Assembly (NCBI GenBank): GCA_030390025.1
Contig: CM059427.1
Coordinates: 65,968,001 to 66,032,000 of the forward strand
Direction: 5' to 3'
DNA from: Squalus acanthias
Lineage: Eukaryota
DNA length: 64,000 nt
Shown: piece after piece, positions 1-12,895 of the stretch
Layout: each line of letters starts with the position of its first letter
Numbering within the stretch: the stretch's first letter is position 1
Notes under the pieces: generated by a model
Told to the model about the DNA's origin: nothing
Seen by the model: the letters and a program-made list of their open reading frames with translations, nothing else
The model's database searches: none
Program-made: the position numbers and the translations under genes

Positions 1-589
1 CTCTAGTTTTTAATTACTGACTGTGGAAATTACAATGGGCTTGTTGCTGCCAGCTCCAGAAAGATGAAGTGGGCTGTGGTCACCATAAAGGTTGTGCTGA
101 CAGCAATTTTGTTGTTGATATTTTCGACATTAAAATACTTACTTTCTTCATGTAATCAATCCTCATTATGCAGCTAAAGTTAGCACAAATTATTGCTACT
201 ACATACTACAAACATACAAACAGATGGACAGGAAAAGACGGGCTGGTTCACCAAGTCTGTCCCAGTCACAATGCAACTTAGCATCATGACCCACAGTTCC
301 CTCCCACCAGCAGACACGTAGACCGCGATTTTATCAATGGAGGCAGGTTGGGTGCGGGTCTGATGTTCGGCAGGTTCCGCTCCCGCCTCCGCTTTTAGCC
401 GCCCATAAACTGCAATTTTAACTTAAGTGGCCTACTTAATGAGTCCGTGCGTGCGACCCAGCCCAATTAATGGTTCAGGTCTGCTGCTCGCCTCTGCTGA
501 CGTCTGTCAGCCAGCTGTATTTAAGGGGCCCATGCCGCATTGTTTCAAATTCATTCTTTCCTGCTGCTTCTCTTTTTGAAATTATTGCC

Positions 590-2482
590 ATGACTGCTGC
601 AAGAGCTAAGGCCTCTCCCTGCTTTGATGACTCCCCCCTCCATGCTCTTGTGGAGGGAGTGAGAGGTTGTCAGGAGGTACTCTTTCCCTCATCCGGATGG
701 AGGAAGCCTCCCCAGCAAAGCAAAGCAGCCTGGCTGCAAATTGCTGAGGTGAGCTGCAGATCTGTGTGCTCACTCCTGGGTGCAGTGCAGGAAAAGGTTC
801 AACGACCTGGTACGCTCAGCAAAAGTGAGTATAACATCACACTTACCTTCAATCTGCTCCCCATCTCCTCTCATCACCAGCCCTCTGCATTGCCAACCTA
901 CTCCTGCACATCCAACTTGACCCTTACATCCCTTGCACCCTTAACCATCCCTCTATTTCTATGTACAGAATCACTTCACTATTCTACTATGCACCCCTCA
1001 CACTCGCTATCACTGTTATGCAATGCCAACAACTAACAACGCACAGGGAGGGCCCTCGGTGTTGGCACTTCAATCCATCTTTGTCTCCTTCTAAGCATCT
1101 ATGCTGTGGAGTCTCTACACTCACTCCAACATTCTCACTCCAACTCCACAGTGTCCCTCATTGCAGGAAAAGAGAGCCCACAACAAGAGGGAGAGGGCCA
1201 GGACAGGAGGAGGACCATCTTCCATTGCCCAGCTGACTACCGCTGAGGAGGCTGCTCTGGAGATCATAGGAGGTGCTGAGGATCTGGAAGTGGGGGACGG
1301 TCAGATGGGCGCAGTAGAGCAAGCTGGTGACAGATTAGATTTGCAGCCCTCTCAGTTACATTGCATGAGTGACTGATATGGCATCTGATGCTCATACAGA
1401 TTGAGTTATGATCATCTGCACAATTCGATGTGCATACTACGTTAATATCACATGTCTAACTCATGCCTTTACTCCCCCACAGGACCATCAAGAGCCCCCC
1501 CTCTCCACTGTCCAGGAGGAAGAGCCAGAAGACTCCTCAGAGGAACTCCAACCTCTGAGGGCGCAGCGTCAGCAGAATTAAGCGCACCCAGCACCAACGC
1601 AGAGACGTACACCTCGGTGGGACCTTCGAGATAGAGTAGTGTTGTCCCCTGGTGTATCACAGCTCACAAGTGAGCATCAGCAGATGGTGGAGACGGGGAC
1701 AGCAGTGGAGAGTCCTCGTCTGAGGCCGCAGGGCACTCCTAGTTCTGCTCAGCTGCATGTGGATGCTGTGCCTCTGGGGCCATCCAGAAAGAGAGCTGGA
1801 ACTCCAGGAACAAGTGCAGGAGTCTCTGGCAGGTTTTGCATCCAGGGTAACTGCGAGTGTGGAGAGAATGGAGGAGTCCATCTCTAACATGAGCACTGCC
1901 TTTTTGGAGGCAATGGAGCGTGAGCGCACCACCATGGATAGGATGGCTACGGTCATGGAGGAAATAAGTCGCCAGAGCCAGGAAAACATGGTGAATGTTC
2001 AGAATAGAATGACGTCTCTGGAGGAGCGATGGGCAGCTATTGAGCAGAGAGACCAGAGCTTTATGTACGTCCTTTTGAGGAGGACTGCCAGAGCAGATAC
2101 AGGTCCTCATGGCCCCCCTGATGTGCAGCAAGGTGCTGTCCAGCCACATGCTAGCTCTGAAGTGCGGCTGACCCATGAGAGGGATGTTGGTGGCAGGCAA
2201 CAAGGAAGTGTGGGCTCCTCTCCAAGTGCGCTCGCTCCCATGCTACTCGGTCAGAGCCTCACCAGAGTCCTCACCCGACTGAGATGGCCGTCTCAGCTCC
2301 TGCACAGCCGCAGGAGGAGCAGACTGTTGCCGAGCCCTCCCAGGCTCGCAAACCCAGAGGACGCCCGCCAAAGGTGTCGAAGCAGGAGCAGCATGAAAGT
2401 GAGCAAGGCGCCTCCACATCTGCTGAAGCTACAGGGGAAGCACCACGTAGAAGCACGCGTAAGAGAAAGATTAAACACCTAG
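590..2482 (+). pseudogene. Harbinger Myb/SANT-like DNA-binding protein gene, 3 exons (590-824, 1167-1326, 1483-~2482), frameshifted
   Basis: Exon 1 MTAARAKASPCFDDSPLHALVEGV...WLQIAE...WVQCRKRFNDLVRSAK then GTGAGT donor. Exon 2 EKRAHNKRERARTGGG (160 nt, same length as in copy 2). Exon 3 has a coiled coil and RKPRGRPPK, with frameshifts relative to the intact copy at 51660-53580. Confidence 0.8.
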
Positions 2483-2737
2483 TCACAAGGGTAGTCACTT
2501 GGGTGTTTTAATGTCATGCATATTTAATATAATCATCGCCATTTCAATTGCAATAAAGAAATGCGATTGCAAACATTCAAAGAGCTGGCCTATGTGTGCC
2601 CAGAAATGGAAGTGTCACAATGAGGTGTCAGGGTGCCTTTCATCTGTAATGATGGTGAGAGTGATAGGAACCCACAGTTTATTGTACATTGTGTATGGTG
2701 TGTTAAGGTGGCAGCCACATGTGTTTGCTTCATTAAC

Positions 2738-3897
2738 TTAAGCGAATCTGGCATAGATTAGTGCACCCCTCGCATCACGGGCAGCAATGTGCTCGCATGC
2801 TGGTGGAACTGGTGCATCCACCTCCACAAGGTGGTCGTCCTCCTCCTCCGAGGAGACTGTGCGCTGAGCCACTTGTTCCTCAGGCAGTGGGAAGCCGCGA
2901 TGTTGTGCAGTGCACAGCAGACCGCGATGATTCTGGAGACCCTGGCTGGTGAGTACTATAGGGCTCCACCTGATCTGTCGAGGCATCTGAATCGCATTTT
3001 GAGCAAGCCGATGGTTTGCTCGATGATTGCTCTGGTGAAAATGTGGCTCGCATTGTAGCGCTCCTCAGCTTCGGTTGATGGCCTCCTCAACGGCGTCATC
3101 AGCCACGTCTTCAGGGGATAGCCCTTGTCTCCAAGTAGCCATCCGGAAAGTTGAGTTGGCGGATTGAAGAGCTGAGGCACAGTAGACTGCCGCAGGATGA
3201 ACGAGTCATGGCAACTGCCAGGGTACTTTGCGCAAACATGCATAATGTCCTTCCTGTGGTTACAAACCAGCTGGACGTTAAGGGAGTGGAAGCCCTTGCG
3301 GTTGACAAATACAGCTGGGTTGTGATGGGGTGCCCTAATGGCCACATGTGTGCAGTCTACGACGCCCTGCACCCTTGGCAAGCCTGCCATATTTGCAAAG
3401 CCAACCGCACGCGCAGTTACACTTGCTTCATCTGTGGAGAAGTGTATGTAATTGTGCACCTTTGCAAAGAGGGCATCGGTAACCTGCGTGATGCAAGTGT
3501 GTGCAGCCGACTGGGAGATTCTGCTGATGATCCCTGGAAGGACCCTGAAGCAAAAAAATTGAGGGCGGTGGTGAGGGGTGCCCACCTGCTCCTCTGGGCT
3601 CCAGGTGTTGCTCCAGCATTGCACAGATGTCAGCGACTACCTCTCGCGAAAGTCTCCGCCTCCTTTGGCACTGCTGCTCAGTCATGTTGAGGAAGCTCAA
3701 CTTTGGCCTGTAAACCCTGTGTTGGGGGTATCTCCTGCGGCGCGGTGCAGCCTTGTGCTGATGCCCTCTGCCACATCAGGTGGGTGAGGAGGAGGTTGGT
3801 GCTCCTGTTGCTGCTGTTGTGCCTGGTTCTGCTGCTGCCGCGGCTGTTCTTCCTCCAAATCTGAGGACCAGGATGACAGGGTATAAATGGTTCCCAT
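2738..3897 (-). pseudogene. Harbinger (HARBI1-family) DDE transposase, disrupted
   Basis: Motifs [68 protein letters not shown]. Split by deletions and a TAG stop near 2956. Confidence 0.9.
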
Positions 3898-4784
3898 GCT
3901 GCTGTTATATATCTCAGTTGAGGACTAGAAGTTGTAAGCGCTGAGTCAATGTGGGGAGAGGGTTTTCCCAGGAGGTCACAGTGCCAATAATCTCAGCTTC
4001 ACCAACTATAAGCTCAATAGACCTGCAAACAGTGTGCCAACACCTGAAAAAACACAATTCTGTGATCTGTAATTCAGCCATGTTAGAGCTCTGTTTTTAT
4101 GCTGCAGCTGTCAAGAAGTCGGGCACTTGCTGAACCCGGCACAATCAGCTGGAGTGGTTTGCAAACGGCGTGGAACACGCTGAAATGGTTATAAAATTGA
4201 AATACCCTGTTAAAATCGGCTTATCCAGGCAGTTAACAAGCTGTTATCTCTGCCTTAAGTACCTCTGGCAGGACTGATCGGGACTCCCAGAGCCGGCACT
4301 TGGTAAAGTAGCATGGAGGCAGGTTGACGGCGGGATCGTAACAAGCCGTCACTCAAAGATTTTTAACCTCTGACCCACCTCCAAACCTGTCCTCTGAGCG
4401 CCGGCAAAATCGCGGCCGTAATGTCCTGGGAAAGGCGACAAATATAGTTCAAATTTAAAAAAAAAAAAACCTGAGGTCAATTCAGGGGGAAAAAATCTAG
4501 GAAATTCCACTATGACTCCTTAAGGGGATCACATCAAGTTCAGGAGATTACAGTGACCATGGGGTATATACCCAACATCCTACCTACCTTTTGTACACAG
4601 TGATATTAGCCATAGAAATGAACTTATCCAGCTCCTTTTAGAAATGTTGCAGCCTCCTCACAATGTTGTACTCCTCACCAAAAGCTGGTAACTTATTCCA
4701 AGTATTGCCAACTCTTGCGAATAGTGACATTTTGAAATAGGGATAATAGGACACGGAGCATCTAAAATGTATCCTTCCTCCTGA

Positions 4785-7700
4785 AGAACATAACGTAAGA
4801 ACTAGGAGCTGGAGAAGGCCATTTGGCCCTTCAAGCCTACTCCGCCATTCAACAAGATCATGGCTGATCTTCTACCTCAACTGTTCCAGTACAGCTATAA
4901 CGCTGGCATCTATCCGACAATGTGGAAAACTGCCCAGGTATGTCCTGTCCACAAAAAGCAGGACAAATCCAATCCAGCCAATTACCGCCCCATTAGTCTA
5001 CTCTCAATCATCAGTAAAGTGATGGAAGGTGTCGTCGACAGTGCTATCAAGCAGCACTTACTCACCAATAACCTGCTTACTGATGCCCAGTTTGGGTTCC
5101 ACCAGGACCACTCTGCTCCCGACCTCATTACAGCCTTGGCCCAAACATGGACAAAAGAGCTGAATTGCAGAGGTGAGGTGAGAGTTACTGCCCTTGACAT
5201 CAAGGCAGCATTTGACCGAGTGTCGAGGAGTCCTAGTAAAACTGAAGTCAGTGGGAATCGGGGTGGACTCTCTGCTGTTTGGAGTCATACCTAGCACAAA
5301 GGAAGATGGTTGTGGTGGTTGGCGGTCAATTATCACAGCCCCAGGACATTGCTGCAGGAGTTCCTCAGGGCAGTGTCCTCGACCCAACCATCTTCAGCTG
5401 CTTCGTCATCAATGACCTTCCCTCAGTCATAAGGTCAGAAGTGGGGATGTTCGCTGATGACTGCACAGTGTTCAGTGCCATTCGCAACTCCTCAGATAAT
5501 GAAGCAGTCCATGCCTGCATGCAGCAAGACCTAGGCGACATTCAGGCTTGGGCTGATAAGTGGCAGGTAACATTCGTGCCACACAAGTACCAGGCAATGA
5601 CTATCTCCAACAAGTGAGTCTCTAACCACCGCCCCTTGACATTCAATGGCATTACCATCGCCAAAACCCCCACCATCAATATTCTGGGGGTCACCATTGA
5701 CCAGAAACTTAACTGGACCAGCCACATAAATACTGTGGCAACAAGAGCAGGTCAGAGGCTGGATATTCTCCTGACTCCCCAAAGCCTTTCCACCATCTAC
5801 AAGGCACAAGTCAAGAGTGTGATGGTATGCTCTCCACTTGCCTGGATGAGTGCAGCTCCAGCAACACCCAAGAAGCTCGACAGCATCCAAGACAAAGCAG
5901 CCCGTTTGATTGGCACCCCATCCACCACCTTAAACATTCACTCCCTCCTCCACCGGTATACTGTGGCTGTAGTGTGTACCATCTACAAGATGCACTGCAG
6001 CAACTCACCAAGTCGTCTTCGACGGCACCTCCCAAACCTCTACCACCTAGAAGGACAAGGGCAGCAGGCGCATGGGAACACCATCACCTCCAAGTTCCCC
6101 TCCAAGTCACACACCATCCTGACTTGGACGGATATCACCGTTCCTTCATCGCCGCTGGGTCAAAATCATGGAACTCCCTCCTTAACAGCACTGTGGGAGT
6201 ACCATCACCACACGGACTGCAGCAGTTCAAGAAGGTGGCTCACAACCACCTTCTCAAGGGCAACTAGAGATGAGCAATAAATGCTGGCCTTGCCAGCGAC
6301 GCCCACATCCTATGAATGAATTTAAAAAAAACTCCACCTTCCCACACTATTCCCATATATCTTAATTCCTTTCGTTCCCAAAAATTTGTCAACCTGTGTC
6401 CTGAATATACTCGATCACTGAGCATCCACAACTCTCTGGGGTAAAGAATTCCAAAGATTCACAACCCTTTGAGTGAAGAAATGTTTCCTCATCTCAGTCA
6501 TAAATGGCCGACCCCATATTCTGAGACTGTGATCCCATGTTCTAGATTCCCCAGCCAGGGGAAACATTTTCTCGGCATTAACCAGATCAAGCCCCTTAAG
6601 AATTTTATATGTTTCAATTCGATCACTTCTCATTCTTCTAAACTCTAGGGAATATAGGCCTAGTCTACTCAATCTCTCCTCACAGGGCAATCCCCTCATC
6701 CCAGGAACCAGTCTAGTGAACCTTCATTGCACTCCCTCAAAGGCAAGTATGTCTTTCCTTAGGTAAGGAGACCAGAACTGTACACAGTACTCCAGGTGTG
6801 GCCTCACCAATGTCCTGTATAATTGTAGTAAGACTTCTTTACTCTTCTACTCTAATCCCTTTGTAACAAAAGCTAACATACCATTTGCTTCCCTAATTGC
6901 TTGCTGTACCTGCAATGTGATTCATGTAAAGGACACCCAGGTCCCTCTGAATGCCAACATTTCCCAGTCTCTCACCATTCAAAAAATATTCTGCTTTTTT
7001 GTTTTTCCTGCCAAAGTGGATAACTTCACACTTCCCCACATTGTATTCCATTTGCCATGTTCTTGCCCACTCAGTCAACCTGTCTATATCTCTCTGCAGC
7101 CTCTTTGTGACCTCCTCACAGCTTACTTTACCACCAAACTTTGTATCAGCAAACTGGGATACGTTACACTCAGTCCCTTCATCTAAGTCATTAATATAGA
7201 TTGTAAATAGCTGAGGGCCAAGCACTGATCCTTGCGGTACCCCGCTAGTTACAGCCTGCCAACCTTAAGTCCCGTTTATTCCTACTCTCTCTTTTCTGTC
7301 CATTAACCAATCCTCAGTTCATGCTAATATATTGCCTCCAATCCCATGAGTCTTAATTTTATGTAATAACCTTATGGAATGCTTTTTGAAAATCCAAATA
7401 CACTACATCCACTGGTTCCCCCTTATTTACTTCTTCAAAACACTCAAGAGATTTGTCAAACACGATTTCCCTTTCATAAAACCATGCTGACTCTGCCTAA
7501 TCATATTATGATTTTCTAAGTGCCCTGTTACCATGTCCCTAATAATAGATTCTAACATTTTGCCTACTACTGATGTGAGGCGAACTGGCCTATAGTTCCC
7601 TGTTTTTTCTCTTCCTCCTTTCTTAAATAGCGGGGTTATGTTTGCTACCTTCCAATCCGTGGGAACCGTTTTAGAATCTAGGGAATTCTGGAAGATTAAT

Positions 7701-7962
7701 ACCAGTGCATCCACTATCTCTGCAGGTACCTCTTTTAAAACCCTAGGAGGCAGGTCGTCCGGTCCCGGGGATTTATCGGCTTTCAGTCCCATTCATTTCT
7801 CCAGTACTATTTTTTTACTAATACTAATTTCTTTCAGTTCTTCATTCTCCACTATTTCCGGGAAGTTTTTTGCATCTTCTACAGTGAAGACAGATACAAA
7901 GTATTTGTTTAACGTCTCTGCCAATTCCTTATTCCCCATTATAATTTCTCCTGTCTCAGCCT
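4785..7962 (-). mobile_element. CR1 LINE 3' part (RT and 3' UTR), interrupted at ~4883-6330 by another LINE
   Basis: Minus-strand ORF pieces KSPGPD...NYRPV..TSVVGK, LGPQLFTIYINDLD, RLGLYSLEFRRMR. The 3' UTR ends at ~4785-4882 and resumes at 6331 (tacctcaact...ccaccttccc). Confidence 0.85.
4883..6330 (+). mobile_element. 5'-truncated LINE (CR1/L2 superclade), same family as 39156-42367
   Basis: RT motifs NYRPISLLS, AQFGF, LDIKAAFDRV, GVPQGSVL, MFADD. 3' tail GCAATAAATGCTGGCCTTGCCAGCGACGCCCACATCC...ATGAATGAATTTAAAAAAA. Confidence 0.85.
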
Positions 7963-8065
7963 GATTGCTTGTCCTGTTTTATCAGACGATGCTTCTAAAG
8001 TGCTGATGTGTGGAGTATTTTTAATTCGATATTGCAACTTGTTGTAATGAAGGTTGTGTTATAAG

Positions 8066-8219
8066 CAATGTTCCCATTAAGCTGCGTGGCTGCGCAGTGG
8101 TCTGGAGATCCCGCGCAGGCCGCTCGCTGACTTTTAAATGGAAAAAACGCACATGTGTGAAAATTTGATTGGGCCACGCAGCCACTTAAAGGGGTCGCGA
8201 ACCCATAGAGGTAATATTG
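8066..8219. mobile_element. Non-autonomous hAT MITE (154 bp)
   Basis: Perfect 8-bp TSD GTTATAAG (8058-8065, 8220-8227). Termini CAATGTTCC / GGTAATATTG. Confidence 0.8.
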
Positions 8220-8628
8220 GTTATAAGCAGTGCATATGACAATCTTGTTTTGTTTGAATTGAGTAAACTTTCATTTAAAGATAAGTGATGCAAGAATGAC
8301 CCTTTTACCCATTGGTGACTGACTGCACTTGATGTGTTGGCTGAAATAAATTCCCTTTTTGACATAGCTGAAGTCAGGCAAGGCCAGAAAGAATTACAAG
8401 ATATATAAGAGAGACTAACCAAGAATAACAGCTTGTATCTTATGGTCTGTCAGCAAAGTTTGGTTTGCTTACAGTTGTCAACTTATTTTACTGTCTGAAT
8501 ATTGTTGGGCTGTGTAATCATATTCTGCTTTTTTTTTTGTATTGGTATATGCTGAAAGTGCTTTTAGCAATAATGTAGTTAAAATGTATACTAAATCGCA
8601 TACACTCACAGTACTTTGAGTATTCTAT

Positions 8629-11069
8629 TAGGGTTGCAAAATTCCGTGAATTTTTAAGAGGAAACTTTCCATGGGAATTTTTGGGAATTTAGGGAAATTT
8701 GGTAATTTATGGGAATTTTGAGTTTTTTGCACACTGATGGTTTTTGTCTCTGACCCTTATATTATTTTTGTCATCAAAATAGACATACTGTTCCATACAA
8801 ATAAAAACAGCTTATTTAGCCTGTAATTTGTCCTTATTTTGTCCCTTTGAGTCTTCTACGCATCATTGCTCCTCCTGATTCTCTGACTCTGGCTCTGACG
8901 TGTCCATTTCCTCCTCTGTGTCACTGTCTAGCTGTGTGGTGGACACTTCTGTATCTGGCTCAATAAGTTGTAGGTTCGCCCGGATAGCCACCAGTTTCTC
9001 CACTCTCTTGTTAGTCAGCCTGTTGCGCACCTTTTGTATGCGTATTCCCAAAAAGTGACCAGTTTCGTTCAGAGGCTGCTGATGAAGGTGGGATTTGGAG
9101 TATCACCGATGCAATGGGTGACAGGGCCTCAGATGCACAAAGTCCCTTCCACCAGGTATGTGCACTGATATGCTTGCATGATTCCCATATCCTGTCCCCA
9201 TTCCAAAGACCTTGCTTGGTAGAGAACTTTGCCAGACTTCCCAGAACTTTGGCCACGTCCAGATTGAGGTGGCGTGAGAGGGTAGAAATCACACTAAGCG
9301 CTGTTGATCTGTTCTCCAGAAAGTATTGGTTTCCCAACATGCTTTGGGTCCAGCATGTATGCTGCAGCATGAATCGGCTTGACACAATTCTTGACGCGTC
9401 TGTATGAATTGAACAATTGCCTTCTCCTCTGCTTTGAGCAGCAGGGATGTGGGTATCTCCTTCAATCTGAGCAATTGCAGATGCTACTGGTAAGAGTAGT
9501 TTAAGGCTGCTAACCACTCTCTCCCAAAACACATCATCCAGCAGTATTTTCTTGATGGTGGTTTCCATATCCCCAGACTGGGATATTGCCATTTCTTGCA
9601 GCGACTCCTTACCCTCCAGAAGGCTGTTGTACCTTATGACAATGCCACCCCATCTAGTGTTGCTGGGCAGCTTCAGTGTGGTGTTCTTGTTCTTTGTCAT
9701 TTGCTTGGAGTTGCAGGTTGCTGCAACTACCTGTTTTCCCCTGACATACTTAACAACTTGCTTGGCTCTCTTGTACAGTGTTTCCATGGTTCTCAAACCC
9801 ATGATGTCCTTTGAGGAGCAGGTTGAGCCCATGAGCTGCGCACCCAATAGACGTAATATGAGGGTAGGCCTCCTCCACTTGAGCCCAAGCAGCCTTCATA
9901 TTTGCAGCATTGTCAGTAATTACTGCAAAGACCTTTTGTGATCCAAGATCGTTGATGACCGCTTTCAGCTCATCAGCAATGTATGTGCCTGTGTGTCTGT
10001 TGTCCTTCGTGTCTGTGCTCTTGAACACTGGGAGAGGAGTGGAGACGATGTAGTTTATGATGCCCTCCCCTCGTACATTTGACCACCCATCTGGGATAAC
10101 TGCAACACAGTCTGCCATCTCTATTGTTTCTTTGAGCTTTCCTTGGACTCTGTTATACTCAGCCTCCAGCAAATAACTAGACAAAGCATGTCTGGTGGGA
10201 GGACAGTATGCAGGGCGAATAACATTGAAAAATCTCTTCCAGTACACATTGGCTGTGAGCATGAGGGGTGAGCCTGTCGCATATACAGCTCGAGCAAGGC
10301 ACTCATCTGCATTCTTCTGGCTATGGTTATCCATTGTATCAAAGAACCTTCCAAGTGGGCCAGGAGTTGCTGATGATAAGGAGCCTGATGCTGAATGTGA
10401 ACCATCATCTTCTTGAATGGAAGCAGAGGAACTCTGGGCTGACTGCTGTGAGCTTTGAGTGAAGTTGTTACATTTGGATAAATGCTGCTGCATCTTTGTG
10501 GCATTCTTTACATATGGCTTTGTACAGTGTTTGCACATGTACACAGTCTTTCCATCTTTAATGCCTGGGGTAAAATGCTTCCACACATCCAGCGGTAAAC
10601 GTGGCATTGTTCTATGCAGAGAAATAAAGGGCATTCGTCTCTGTGTCGAACTGCGGTCGATCAGCATGATTGCAACAGGCCAGGGTGAGTAAATTTTTTC
10701 CTGATGCTCCATGTGATGGAAGCATGACCTGTGCACGCACGACGCTACATCACCAATAGAGGGAGCTAATCGCTCATCCAGCCAATCAGGACACATTTGT
10801 TCACAGTCACACACAAAACTTGTAATTATTAAAACAAGCCAAGTAAGAAGATAAACATATATTGATTAAGAAATTCCTTAATAATTAAGATTCCATCTCT
10901 GTTAGTAATTTTAAGAGAGGACCTGTGGGGGGGAAAAAAAAGAAAGAAATACAAAAAAAAAACAATATTATGCTAGCATGTGATTTTTTTGGGCAAAATT
11001 CCCAAGCTAAACTTCTCGTGGAAAATTTCCAGAAATTTACTGGAAACCTTCCACCCCTTCGCAATCCTA
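8629..11069 (-). mobile_element. Full-length hAT DNA transposon
   Basis: Perfect 8-bp TSD TATTCTAT (8621-8628, 11070-11077). TIRs TAGGGTTGCAAA / TTCGCAATCCTA. Subterminal GGAAATTT-type repeats at both ends. Confidence 0.9.
8863..10607 (-). pseudogene. hAT transposase with BED zinc finger, DUF659-like core and C-terminal dimerisation domain, frameshifted
   Basis: VWKHF...CKHC...HLSKC (BED finger); DGWSNVRGEGIINY, ITDNAANMKAAW, CAAHGLNLL; WWKG...LQIPPSSAASERNWS...RNRLTNKRVEKLV. Spread over ORFs 9750-10814, 9011-9847 and 8863-9051. Confidence 0.88.
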
Positions 11070-11189
11070 TATTCTATAGAGATAATGGTAAAAATGAAGC
11101 AATGTGCAGGAAAAAAATGTGATCACTCGAACATGATTCTTGCATCAATGTAGTTTCCCATTCTTGTTCAGTAATTTAATATGATGTAT

Positions 11190-11600
11190 TGCATGGTACT
11201 AGCCTATACATAGATGAGGAAGCTCCTAGGTTTGATTCTTAAAATATACTGAGCTACCCGACTCTCAGCCAAGTCAATGATGAGGTCACCATATTTGGCA
11301 TTAGTATTTTTAGGGCTGGGACAGAAAGTCAGCCAGGGTTCTCACTTCTAGTCATGAATCAGTGGCATCTGGAAGTTGCATGTTATACAATGTCCGATGG
11401 AAGCCAGGATTAGGTTTGGCTGGAATGCCTTCTGTGTTGAATAAACCATTGATAGTGACGTGTCTAAGCTTGCACATGATACCCAGATGGCTGCTGGTGT
11501 ATGTGGAACTGCAACCTACCATCAGCCACACATTCATGAAAGGCAGAAAATTAAAAAAAAAAAAATTGCACCCAAATACAGAATGGGGGGTGGGGATGTT
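11190..11600 (+). repeat. AmnSINE2-like SINE, decayed
   Basis: GAGCTACCCGACTCTCAGCC...GTCAGCCAGGGTTC body shared with copies at 53920 and 59545. Family recognised from memory. Confidence 0.5.
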
Positions 11601-12274
11601 TGGCTTGGTGGGAGGGGGTGGGGACGACTGCCTGACTTCTACGTGCTCCAAAGCAGGAAACATAAAGTTGGGAATGCAGCAGAGTGGATTTATTGAAATA
11701 ACATCACATTGTGTGTTGCTGCTACAACACATGGCCCCACTATGTTTCCCTTCAATAAAGATTTCTACTGCTGTCAAGTCTTCAAGCAGTAAACTGTATC
11801 TGACTCATGGCCTAAGTAATGCAGCACATTTGTATCTTGTGATAATGCACTTAAAAATGATCATGTATTTATTTTTAGTCCTGGGCAGTATGAAAGTATT
11901 TTTAAATTACTTCACTGCTGCCATTTTAAGTACCAATTGTGCTTCACTAAACTCTTACTGTGATAATGGAATTACTGTTTTTCAGATTTGAGACAGTTGA
12001 AACAAAGTGCTGCATGACAAATTATGTCCTGAAACACTTGTGTTGCATTTAACCAGATACTGAATTTTGAACTCTTTCTAATATATTTTCAATCTGTGGT
12101 ACTTTTGATAAAGAAATATTATTAGTGCCCTGTTCACATAGATTTCCCTGTTAAAATATTGAATGATTTTTGTCAAAACTTTCCACAAATTATAAGCTTT
12201 AAAGAATCACAACTTCCTGAAAGATGAAACTATCCATCTGATTCAGCAAATATTGTAATACCACAGACATTGCA

Positions 12275-12895
12275 ACAACAGTAACTTGCATTTATATAGC
12301 ACCTTTTAATGAAGAAGGTCCCAAGGCTCTTCACAGGTGTAATCAAAAATAAATGGCTGAGCTAAATTTAGAAAGACATATTAGGAAGTGGGTTTTGAAG
12401 AGGGTTATGGAGGTAGAGGGGCTTAGGCAGGGAATTCCAAGCATGGTGTTTAGGCAGCTGAAGGCATGGCAGCCAATTCAGGTGGGAGGAAGGGATGCAC
12501 AAAAGGCCAGAGTTGGAAGAGTTTGGAGTGGGTTGTTGGGCTGGAGGAGGTTACAGATGAGGGGGCAAGCCCATGAAGCAATTTAAACTCCGAGATGAGA
12601 ATTTTACATTGGCGGCGCTGGGGGACTTGGAGCAAATGTAGGTCAGCAAGGATGGGGCTGATTGGTGTGTGTAACTTGGTGCAGGATAGGATATGGGCAG
12701 CAGTTTTGGACGAGCTAAAGTTTACGAAGAATGGGAAAGCATTGGATTAATCAAATCTGGAGGTGATAAAGGCATGGCTGAGAGTTTCAGCAGCAGATGG
12801 GCTGAGGTAGGGGTGGCAGTGGGTGGTGTTTGTAATGGAGAGGATATGGAGTTGGAAGCATAGCTTGGCATTGAGTCGGAAACTGAAGTTGCAAA
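12275..12895 (-). mobile_element. L2-type LINE 3' remnant
   Basis: L2/DeuSINE-type tail (TTGCATTTATATAGCACC) followed by decayed coding-like sequence similar to 61890-62620. Confidence 0.5.

Larger units (their letters stand above)
321..4417. mobile_element. Full-length PIF/Harbinger DNA transposon (copy 1), decayed
   Basis: 12-bp TIRs GACCGCGATTTT (321-332) / AAAATCGCGGCC (4406-4417), 11/12 match. 3-bp TSD GTA at 318-320 and 4418-4420. Contains convergent Myb/SANT and DDE transposase genes. The joined flanks rebuild an older repeat also seen uninterrupted near 38780. Confidence 0.9.

Noticed and set aside
2738-3897. Domesticated HARBI1 gene
   Set aside because: It lies between TIRs with a TSD, is disrupted and has a second copy in the window, so it is a transposon rather than the host gene.
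11362-11991. 209-aa ORF
   Set aside because: Overlaps a decayed SINE and A/G runs, with no recognisable domain or splice support.
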